Part shown: positions 55,001 to 64,000 of the stretch, piece by piece | Layout: every line of letters starts with the position of its first letter | How positions within the stretch are numbered: position 1 is the stretch's first letter | DNA from: Tubiluchus corallicola | Taxonomy: Eukaryota; Animalia; Priapulida | Assembly (NCBI GenBank): GCA_030141605.1 | Contig: JAQGDQ010000403.1 | Location: forward strand, 62,001 to 126,000 | DNA: 64,000 nucleotides | Reading direction: 5' to 3' | Position numbers and translations under genes: made by a program | The notes under the pieces: generated by a model | Databases searched by the model: none | What the model saw: only the letters and a program-made list of their open reading frames with translations | Told to the model about the DNA's origin: nothing

Positions 55001-58000
55001 TTTTCCATACGTAATACAACATTACAGAAAAAGCTGTAGTAATACCAGTGCTCAGATCACTTCAGCTTCTACTTATCATTTTACAAGATAAAAGGGCAAA
55101 TGACGGACAGGAAAGTGCACATTCAAATTCATGCAAATTGCGCTTGTTTCATAGTCAAACTTGAAACTGCTCAAGCCAATTTTTTGCTTTAGTCATTGAT
55201 AATCTCGAAGATAATAATGCATGCTACTGCACATTATTGTGCACAAGTAGAGAAAAGTATATATATGCATTTTAGCTGACTTTCTAAAGATATCAAAAAC
55301 AATTTACTAAATTACTATAATAGTACTTGACAGTATAACAGCGGATAATGTACTTGTATATCATAGATATAGACAGACATAATGCAGAGAAAGTAACGTA
55401 CCTTTTTTGTGCAGACGTCTCAAAACATGCCAAATTTCTTTAGCTTTCTCGTACACGGCACGTCAAAATGTTGCATTTCAAAAGCAGCCATTACAAACCG
55501 CAGAAGCTGCATCGATCAATACTACCGCTAAACGTGGACGACTCATCCAGGCCATCACACTGGATCAGTCAAAATTTGGGAAAGAAATGTGTTACGTAAT
55601 GGTTATTTCCTGCAGAGGCGCAAAATGGGGCCAAATCACCAAAAAAATGCAAGAGCATGGGGAAAAATAACATAAGCAACAGTGCCCTTTTATAATTTTG
55701 GTATGAGCGCGCTGATCCAGCAAGATTTGATTAATAACTATGCTTCGTTTGTAGTCTTAATCAATCATGCCTGCAAAGTAACGTGACGCTCAGTGAGCAG
55801 AATATTGAGCGATTGTAACTGCACTTTAATTCACCAATAATTCATTCCCGACCAAAAGAAAAAGCCGTCATGAATTCACAATGAAGCATTGAATGTACTA
55901 ATTAATGTCATTGGTGAAAAACAGTAGAAAAGTGAAAACAAGTACGCAACCTAAAGTACGCAAATTAAAGTCCGCAAAAAGTATGCAAATTAAAGTCCGC
56001 AAAAACTACGCAAATTAAAATCCGCAAAAAAGTATGCAAATTAAAGTACGCAAATTAGAGCCTGCGAAAAAGTACGCAACCTAAAGTACGCAAAAAGGAC
56101 GCAAATTAAAGTCCGCAAAAAGTATGCAAATTAAAGAAAGAACAGCGTTAGAAATGAGCAAGTGCATGAAGATGTAAGGACTGAGGATTTCAAGGATTTA
56201 CATGTAAAATGCCACACACATAGCATTATTAGAGCAGATTCCGTTTCAACACGAGATGCGCCTATGAGTCATGAGAGTCATGACCCTTACTTGCCAAGGC
56301 CAAGACTCCCCAAGAGTCAGCAAAAGGGCAGATACATACATACTGGTAAACACTGCTATTACATTAATTTTAATGTCATGTCATGTCGATATGAAATGCG
56401 TTATGCAACGATGATCAAGGCCAACACCACCTGCACGTAAAGGACTGTGTTGTAACCACTAACGCCCAGGGTACTGTGTTGTAACCACTAACGCCCAGGG
56501 TACTGTGTTGTAACCACTAACGCCCACTTCACGGTACAAAGAAATGGAGGCTCTTTTTGTAAAAACAGATGTAACGTTACAGCATTAATTACCAAACCCA
56601 CGCAAGCCTGTTTTGTTTTTGATTTAAAATGCACGCACTGCTTTCTGTTGTTCATGATTTAAGGCAGGGGTGTGCAAATTATCTGACTAGCCGGGCCACA
56701 TTAAACTTTCCCGCAATTCCTGCGGGCCACAGGCAGTTTGATCAAGGAGCCAAGTACAGAAAGGCCTAATAATGATTTTTTTTGCATCCGGCCTGCGTAC
56801 ATCATTACTACTGCACTCAAGAAACTATTTTAGAAGTTATTAAAATTTATATTACAAACCATATATTTCTACTTTCAGGACAGATAGTGGTAATTTCATC
56901 CAATGCATATTAGTAATGTGTATCACACAGTCTGTGTAGTACAGTGTTATTAAGCTACAACCGTCTTGTAAGGGTTAATGGCATCCGATCTAGTAGAAAA
57001 AACTACCCGCGCTATCTTTGGGATCGTGGCACGGACTTCAGCTGGATACACTCAATTAATCACCCGGGCCGCACTTTCATTAGGTTGACAAATCTCTTCG
57101 GGGCCGCACAAATTCTCTCGGCGGGCCGCAATTTGCACACCCCTGATTTAAGGTTTATTCGCGCGTTTTGTAGGCTTACAAGATTTTTATTGTCATAAGA
57201 AAACTCCTATAGCAAGTCAAATATAATCCACGAGGTCAATAAAAGTTCGTGATAAAATTAGCCACGTTGGCAAGATATTTTGCTTGCAGGGCTATTACAT
57301 ATTGTAACCTAATCACTTGTAGAATTTTTACAAGTCTTTAAATCACTCAATCGCTCTCTATAGGTTATATAAAAGTCAATCGCTTGCTGCTTTAAAAACT
57401 GTAAGCGTCATTCAGGTCTCTACAGCACGAGTTTACAATTTGTCTAAAGTTTACTTTATTAAGTTAACATTTCCACTATTGTAGCTATACTTGGAGAGAG
57501 AAAAAGCTTCACGACTCTAATGAATATGAAATCACATCACAAAGTTGAATCATTTGGTTAGGCAGAACAATCTTAAACTAACAAGTAACGAAGGTAATTC
57601 TTTCAGTCATTAATAATATAGCAAAGTATTTATATTATGAAAGGCGTATGACTATTTGTTGTTTTGTTTTTAACTTGAAACTTAACCATGTACTAGTGTG
57701 CACTTATTCGTACAAATAATGAAGAGAGTTTTACGTTGAGCCGATGATGGTTATGGCATAACGTGGATCTAGTCTTCCCACAAACTACAAATTTTCTGCT
57801 AATTCACTCCATATGGAAGTCGACTAGTTCCTGGGTATGAATAAAGATGGGTCAAATTAATGCTGCAAAGTGCAAATAGAGCACTTGAGCTAATCCCTTG
57901 CAGTTGGTAACACTGTTGCCACTGCTGCTGTTACTGCTGCTGCTGTTGCTACTGTTGCTGTTGCAGCTGTATGATGTTTGACTAGTTCCTGGGTATGAAT

Positions 58001-61000
58001 AAAGATGGGTCAAATTAATGCAGTAAAGTGCAAATAGAGCACTTGAGCTAATCCCTTGCAGTTGGTAACACTGTTGCCACTGCTGCTGTTACTGCTGCTG
58101 CTGTTGCTACTGTTGCTGTTGCTGGCGCAGCTGTATGATGTTTGACTAGTTCCTAGGTATGAATAAAGATGGGTCAAATTAATGCAGTAAAGTGCAAATA
58201 GAGCACTTGAGCTAATCCCTTGCAGTTGGTAACACTGTTGCCACTGCTGCTGTTACTGCTGCTGCTGTTGCTGTTGCTGGCGCAGCTGTATGATGTTTGA
58301 CTAGTTCCTGGGTATGAATAAAGATGGGTCAAATTAATGCAGCAAAGTGCAAATAGAGCATTTGAGCTAATCCCTTGCAGTTGGTAACACTGTTGCCACT
58401 GCTGCTGTTACTACTGCTGCTGTTGGTACTGTTGCTGTTGCTGGCGCAGCTGTATGATGTTTGACTAGTTCCTGGGTATGAATAAAGATGGGTCAAATTA
58501 ATGCAGTAAAGTGCAAATAGAGCACTTGAGCTAATCCCTTGCAGTTGGTAACACTGTTGCCATTGCTGCTGTTACTGCTGCTGCTGTTGGTACTGTTGCT
58601 GTTGCTGGCGCAGCTGTATGATGTTTGACTAGTTCCTGGGTATGAATAAAGATGGGTCAAATTAATGCTGCAAAGTGCAAATAGAGCACTTGAGCTAATC
58701 CCTTGCAGTTGGTAACACTGTTGCCACTGCTGCTGTTACTGCTGCTGCTGTTGCTGTTGCTGGCGGTGCTGTTTGATGTTTGACTAGTTCCTGGGTATGA
58801 ATAAAGATGGGTCAAATTAATGCAGTAAAGTGCAAATAGAGCACTTGAGCTAATCCCTTGCAGCTGTTAACACTGTTGCCACTGCTGCTGTTGCTGCTGT
58901 TGGTACTGTTGCTGTTGCTGGTGCAGCTGTTTGATGTTTGACTAGTTCCTGGGTATGAATAAAGATGGGTCAAATTAATGCTGCAAAGTGCAAATAGAGC
59001 ACTTGAGCTAAACCCTTGCAGCTGTTAACACTGATGCCACTGCTGCTGTTACTGCTGCTGCTGCTGTTGCTACTGTTGCTGTTGCTGGCGCAGCTGTTTC
59101 ATGTTTGACTAGTTCCTGGGTATGAATAAAGATGGGTCAAATTAATGCTGCAAAGTGCAAATAGAGCACTTGAGCTAATCCCTTGCAGCTGTTAACACTG
59201 TTGCCACTGCTGCTGTTACTGCTGCTGCTGCTGTTGCTACTGTTGCTGTTGCTGGCGCAGCTGTTTCATGTTTGACTAGTTCCTGGGTATGAATAAAGAT
59301 GGGTCAAATTAATGCTGCAAAGTGCAAATAGAGCACTTGAGCTAATCCCTTGCAGCTGTTAACACTGTTGCCACTGCTGCTGTTACTGTTGCTGCTGCTG
59401 CTGTTGCTACTGTTGCTATTGCTGGCGGTGCTGTTTGATGTTACTGCTGCTGCTGTTCCTACTGTTGCTATTGCTGGCGGTGCTGTTTGATGTTTCTGTT
59501 GCTGCTACTGTTTGTTACGCCACTGTAGTCGATGGTGCTGACTAATACTACACTGACCGCGAAATCGAGCCTTAGTACATTATACTCGATGTTCAGAGCT
59601 CTTTAATGGATGTAAAATAGGTGGCATTGAATTTATTTTCTTTTTATCTGTCTATAAAATGGAGTGAGGCTAAAGTGCTAATTCTGAATCGTTTTCTTTT
59701 TCTGTATTTTTGTGTTCCAAAAAAATCTTGTCTTCACATTCAGAAACTTTTGAAGATATTTCATTTGAGCTCTTTTTGCTCATTGTTTCGTAACTATGTT
59801 TTCACAGATTTTCCAATAATGTCATTTAACTTCGACCTTTGACTCTCTTTGATGCTTGTTAAGGTTTATTATTTAACAAATCACAGAATTTGTTATTTTG
59901 CAACAAGACATGATGCATTATGTGGCCAGCAGTTGGGTTTTCTGTTTTGATATGGTCTAATTATCGGATAGGATCAGTTTCTTTCTGTTCCAATATATAT
60001 ATATTGAAATTTTGATTTACAGCAATATTTTGCACAAGCCGCAGCATTATTTTATAATGTACATATTTCTTAGAACTGTGCGGATTGTACACAATGAAAT
60101 TATCTAAAACATATAAAAAAGAATTGTTGTCTATATTTAATTTTTCTTTGTTCCATATTTACTATTAGAACATTTGACCAGGAATTATTTAAAAACATTC
60201 TTCTAAGCATGCTCAGGCTTGTTGAGGAACTTTGTACTCTCAATGAGCACAAAAAGCTAATCCTCATCAGAGTACTTCAAGCCCAGTGCATGGTTCATCG
60301 TTTCAGTAAGTTCCGTTTGCAATTTCACAAGGAAAAGACTTTCACATGATAGGTGTAAATGTTTTTATAAAAAATGTAATAATATTTTTCCGGTGACTAT
60401 TATTACGCTAAATTAAAACACTATTTTTATTTACATTCATGGGTAAAATCACAAATCTACTTTGGAATTCTCTACCATTACAGGTTAAACAAATCAAGTC
60501 CCTATCAGCATTTAAAACAAAACTAAAATCACTAATATTAACCAGATATGAAATACCATCACACCCGTACGACAACATACACACTAATTCAGAATTTGTA
60601 TATCCACGGCCATATAAATTAAATCATAATTTTTTCATTTTTTTGTGCATAGTTGTATATATGTTTGATTTTTATTCGTCGTTACTTTCCATTACTGCAC
60701 AGTAGTTTAGATTGCACTGACGCATTTGCCTTTAGCAGTGTAAGTTTTTATTAACTAACACTGACTGATCATCTCTGTAAAGTTTTTATCAGTGATTATC
60801 AATGTATTTTAATGGCAAATAAAGATTATTATATATATATATAAGTATAGTTAGTTTGCAGAGGAACTTATGCAAGATGAAAGTTTCTGCACAACTAATA
60901 AAATTTACTTACCTCCAATAATGACAATTCACTTTTATCAATGACTCCTGAAAATTTCTTGATGATGAGCTCAGTCGACTTTCTTAACCGTTCAGCTGCC

Positions 61001-62203
61001 TTGGTGTTCTTAAAGCAACCCAGGAATAGTCCTTTGTAACCACCAATCCACAGGGTTTCTATTTGTCTACACAGGTACTACAAAATAAAATAATTGCAAT
61101 ATGATCACAACGCTAATGAATCTTTAACTAATCTATCACGATAAAAAAATCACGTTTGGAAAATAACGAAAAAAACTAAATAAATGGACTGCTAAATAAA
61201 TCAGGAAAATATGGCTATAGTCAATGAATGACACATCACTTAGTAAAATTTTGTGGTAGCACTTCCGCTTTGCGAGTTTCTTAACACAAGCTATTTCGAA
61301 AAAAGTTATCACCTTTACATCCTGTTTTTGTAATAAATACAATAAATTTTTTACCAAAAAGCACAGAATGATAAAGTAAAATTAGTAATGTACTTACTCA
61401 TAATAATATTTAGACAACATTCTAAACAAAATAAGTTGACTGAAACAATTAAAAGGCGGATTTACTGAATTGCTAAAAGCCTAATTTACATATAAGTTAA
61501 TTTTAATTATTACCTGCATTCTCTCATCCAGGCCATATCTCTTCTGCCACCAGGTGTGTTTATCCGTCTCCTGAGTGACATCAATGCTCATTTCCTGTAT
61601 GCTGATGTATTCTCGCAAAATGTCATAACCCTAAAAATCCCGTTATTTTAATTGACAAAAACATACAATAAAAAAACAAACAAATATACACGCACAGATC
61701 AGGAATATCTTAATTAATACGACACCCATACTCTAATTAATGGAGATACTGAATCTTACGAAGGTAACATTTATACCTCAGTGCCGGCACGCATGTGCAT
61801 TCTAGCCACAACAGGGGTTTCGTTGTGCCTGTATCGAGTTATAAGTAGCTGCTGGGATCCGGAAGAATCCAGTGCGGGAGTGGACATTACCTGACAAACA
61901 GTCCAACCTAAAATCACAAGAAAACGATTAATAAAAAGAACAAATACAGACACTTTACTGCACATTGCTACCTATAATAAAAAATAATGCATTCATTTTT
62001 TATATTTAAATGGAATGTATATGATTCACTTTAAGCCTTTAAACGAATGTCACAATTTCATGTGAAAATTACAAAACGCATGTTAATATGTATGGTCAAA
62101 TATAAATTATAAAGTTACTAAAATAAATGTATCAAATAGAAAAATTAATAATAATAATAATAATATAATAATAGTAATAATAATAATAATAATAATAGTA
62201 GTA

Positions 62204-62249
<46 letters not shown>

Positions 62250-62275
62250 CAACAACAACAACAACAACAACAATA

Positions 62276-62333
<58 letters not shown>

Positions 62334-62605
62334 CTTATTAGAAACAACACTAAAGTCATTAAAATATAGAACATGTTAAGTTAATTATAAGAATCTCAAG
62401 TCAGAACACAAATGCTTCATTTTACAAAGTTTTACCTGGTGGTATTGCTGATAAGCACTTAGAGGGTAGATCTGAAAACTTCAGTACATCCCTAGCATTA
62501 GTCAACTGCATATATAAGGCTGCAGAATCCTGATTTCCATCTGTAGGGGTGGGCGGTGTAATTCGTCCGTTTTTGCCCTCGTTACCATCATCCCTATTCA
62601 GCTTC
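43026..62605 (-). CDS. ESPL1: Separase (peptidase C50), C-terminal ~480 aa in 9 exons; 5' part of the gene lies beyond the window
   Basis: Exons (minus strand): 62436-62605, 61777-61907, 61514-61630, 60913-61077, 49218-49400, 48481-48692, 47716-47799, 46236-46400, 43026-43242; GT-AG, phases consistent. Motifs WWQKRYGLDERMQ, VILILDK, LPWESMPIL, VSRMPSL, FYVLNP, catalytic His FIYCGHG, catalytic Cys LMGCSSG, MWDVTDRDIDRF, GAAPVLYGLP. Confidence 0.96.
43436..43565. repeat. ~63-bp tandem duplication in the last ESPL1 intron
   Basis: catgcaagc.tgtcaaggacctcatggg...cacaatcttagaga...catagatgg.ac twice. Confidence 0.9.
44688..44790 (+). mobile_element. 5S rRNA-derived SINE-like relic, second copy
   Basis: AAAGTCAAGCACCATTGGCTCTGGTAAGTGCTTGGATGGGTGGC is 5S-like; downstream CTGTGACTG is shared with the 39478 copy. 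Confidence 0.55.
45419..46028 (-). mobile_element. Kolobok-like non-autonomous element flanked by TTAA
   Basis: TTAA at 45415-45418 and 46029-46032; reverse-complement homolog of 3375-3966. Confidence 0.75.
50756..50884. repeat. ~67-bp tandem duplication
   Basis: gaag.atcattgtaaaatcacataaatgtatcatgca...ttttac.atattcct twice. Confidence 0.88.
51949..53685 (-). CDS. Ankyrin-repeat protein with a C-terminal FEM1/SOCS-like BC-box, single coding exon, nested in an ESPL1 intron
   Basis: Uninterrupted 602-codon ORF (ATG 53757); a likely acceptor TTTCAG ending at 53732 makes ATG 53685 the probable start (578 aa). More than ten ankyrin repeats (TALFEAAYAG, SPLHCSC, TPLKVAV, TALYYAC, TPLHILC); C-terminus LCLQCTATRATVQFSLNYNCHLPKSLTAFVRLH; AATAAA immediately after the stop. 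Confidence 0.9.
   Translation of the reverse strand: MVQPQCMDEEDLQEEFIKACHQLNIKRVAKLISCGFDVNKSNGAEHPLTIACKLNNLELVQLLLRQGADPNVISKRQSSPLLIAIQLVNRDIAKELLNFGADANGINCHLWPPVIAAASKDYLLVSELLKYKANVNQKCDKTKRTALFEAAYAGQADIIDLLIDNGADVNAVDDDGESPLHCSCIRDHFQITRMLLEAGCNPNIIDNLHRTPLKVAVGKGDIAAVRCLLEHGADCNVTFKDGISCLFLAAEAGFADITRVLINYGADVNHIARSPFRSALAVACHLGSCPVPQWYSRRLPEDYSNIVQILLENGARCDVIDECGFSVLHIACQNCSLNMVRHLLEFTNPAMVDSLGRTALYYACQNGYVPWYSPEVSNQIITLLLRHGANPNCKDNLGVTLLHVACATYRMSAAELLVEAGADILAKDENSTTPLHILCKALVDHGGTVDMPGDITVVKESYEPGSSWTMKLLLLLSNGARKAICVDLPDACGDTVYSLWKTFYDQKRWLNWQAVIGLSTCVDLIFNINDLLQRKNFLCLQCTATRATVQFSLNYNCHLPKSLTAFVRLHDNLTNEHQ
53865..54900. repeat. Highly degenerate pentamer satellite (CCATA/TATGG)n with orientation switches
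   Basis: 5-bp periodic ACCAT-like motifs at about 54060-54630, complementary ATGGT-like motifs on both sides. Confidence 0.75.
55938..56135. repeat. Tandem array of 12-15 bp AAAGT(A/C)CGCAAA(TT) units
   Basis: Alternating aaagtacgcaaatt / aaagtccgcaaa units. Confidence 0.92.
56444..56525. repeat. 28-bp tandem repeat x3
   Basis: actgtgttgtaaccactaacgcccagggt-like unit three times. Confidence 0.93.
56665..57145. mobile_element. hAT-like MITE family C, short form, 8-bp TSD ATTTAAGG
   Basis: CAGGGGTGTGCAAAT...ATTTGCACACCCCTG flanked by ATTTAAGG. Confidence 0.93.
57822..59510. repeat. Composite minisatellite, 10 units of 155-167 bp
   Basis: Units start GACTAGTTCCTGGGTATGAATAAAG at 57822, 57980, 58144, 58299, 58463, 58627, 58782, 58940, 59107 and 59274; each ends in a (GCT/GTT/ACT)n tract. 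Confidence 0.98.
60440..60843 (+). mobile_element. L2/CR1-group LINE extreme 3' end
   Basis: LWNSLPLQVKQIKSLSAFKTKLKSLIL is a typical ORF2 terminus, followed by an AT-rich 3' UTR, AATAAA and (TA)n. Confidence 0.75.
62146..62331. repeat. (TAA)n/(CAA)n/(TAG)n compound microsatellite
   Basis: Seen directly; it gives the poly-Y/C ORF 62132..62374. Confidence 0.97.
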
Positions 62606-63494
62606 CTGTACAGGAAATTCAAAAAGTAAATGTAACTCGGGGCAGAAGCCACCAATCAAGTACTCTAAACACATAACCTTTGGCTTCTTGTGCAGAGATT
62701 CAAAAGCACTCGAAAGTTTTTACGAAATTATATCATTTTGCCATAGTGTTTGTTACACTTATAAGTTGTCATAAGATGCTAGACTTGGTGACCTTTCGGT
62801 CTTTCTGCCACCCTGTCTCTCTTAGCTGTCACATCATTTGTTAATGCTATGTTTACTAAGTTATTGAGACAAAATAAATTATTCTGTATTGTTGTTAGTT
62901 GTATATACACTTATATATATATTATATATAACAATATATATATATATATATATATATAACAATTATATATTGTTAGTTGTATATGCCTATCTTGAATGTT
63001 AAATTTGTAACATTGCATAAAATATGTGACGTCTGTTTTCAGTAAGGATGTTGTGCCCAGCTTCTCTAAGCACGAAAACATGTCAAAACAAATAAGTACC
63101 AAATATTTTTATCCTGCAGTTAGAGATTTTCAACTAAGTCAAAATTAATAGGCTTAAAACTTTATGTATATATAAAAATTAATTTAATAGCTAATTAATT
63201 GAAAGAGGAATGTGCTGAAAAATTATGAGGCAATCAGCATTAGAACCCAGAAGCAGGGTTTCCTCTACAACATTTTCAGCTATTAAATTATCTGCTAATT
63301 GTACATTAACTGTGACTTAAACTGTAACTGCAATATGCATAACGACATTTATTTATTGGAAGGTGCTGCCCTCTACGAGCAGTGCGGGGAGGAAAGGACA
63401 GGAGGAGAACAATGATGGTCGCTTTTTTATTTACAGCAGTGTTTTCTGTCTTTACTATGTGACTGGTCATGTTCATCCTGCATGGGTTTTAGAC

Positions 63495-63705
63495 AAAAAT
63501 AAAGTACATGCAGCTTTCCACCACCTTTCTTGCTCTTCCTGTACAATAATGTAGTAAGCGCAGAAGATTGGCATGACTATCTACAGAAACTCTCTCTACT
63601 GCATGTTCAAAGGTCTTTATAAACAGATGAAACTTTAATGGGTCTCCATCAAAATACATCATCTCCACCTTAGGCAAGCTTGCACTTTCATAAACTTCTG
63701 ACAGC
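63495..63705 (-). mobile_element. BEL/Pao LTR-retrotransposon gag-like fragment in an ESPL1 intron
   Basis: LPKVEMMYFDGDPLKFHLFIKTFE...LLRLLHYCTGRARKVVESC fits the DUF1759-type gag pattern; short, isolated, no LTRs seen. Confidence 0.72.
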
Positions 63706-64000
63706 ACACAAACTATTAGGTTTATTAATTACCACAACTCAATTAAAAAATTATCATTTAGCTAACGCTGGCTAATTTGGTCACATTCTTCACATTACAG
63801 GTTACGTATGTCTATGCTTACATCTCACTAATGTTGCCAAAATGCCCACATAATACCTAATTAATTAAGGTATAACGCGACAATGAAAATAAAAGCCGCC
63901 CAAAAATCTTATTATGTATTTTCTTCACGCATACCTTTACAAAGTGTAGAAAATTGCAATCATTTTATTGTAAAACGTAGACAATTGTTCACGGACCATA

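Noticed and set aside
57822-59510. CRISPR-like or protein-coding repeat array
   Set aside because: The variable parts are homologous triplet tracts rather than unique spacers, unit lengths are not multiples of 3, stops recur, there are no cas genes, and the context is a eukaryotic intron.
53660-60913. In-frame separase-ankyrin fusion by alternative terminal exon
   Set aside because: The ESPL1 donor at 60913 is phase 0, while the acceptor at 53732 needs phase 2; that splice reaches TGA after about 23 codons.
62132-62374. Poly-Tyr/Cys ORF
   Set aside because: Translation of the (TAA)/(CAA) microsatellite.

Overview
AT-rich, intron-containing animal (invertebrate-like metazoan) genomic DNA; nothing prokaryotic and no CRISPR. 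Genes from left to right: a 2-exon secreted PAN/apple + C-type lectin gene (+, 2388-3281); an intronless class A GPCR (+, 7962-8996); a complete 23-coding-exon SMC2 condensin gene (-, 32885-9846, 1197 aa by manual splicing); a paralogous intronless GPCR (+, 35510-36550); and the last 9 exons of separase ESPL1 (-, 62605-43026, 5' part outside the window). An 11.5-kb ESPL1 intron holds a same-strand nested gene whose single coding exon encodes an ankyrin-repeat protein ending in a FEM1/SOCS-like BC-box, plus a 10-copy composite minisatellite. Introns and intergenic DNA contain several MITE families (hAT-like with 8-bp and 6-bp TSDs, Kolobok-like with TTAA), tRNA- and 5S-derived SINE relics, RTE and other LINE 3' ends, a BEL/Pao gag relic, microsatellites, and a dispersed covarying stem-loop motif. 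Exon boundaries were read by eye and may be off by a few bases.
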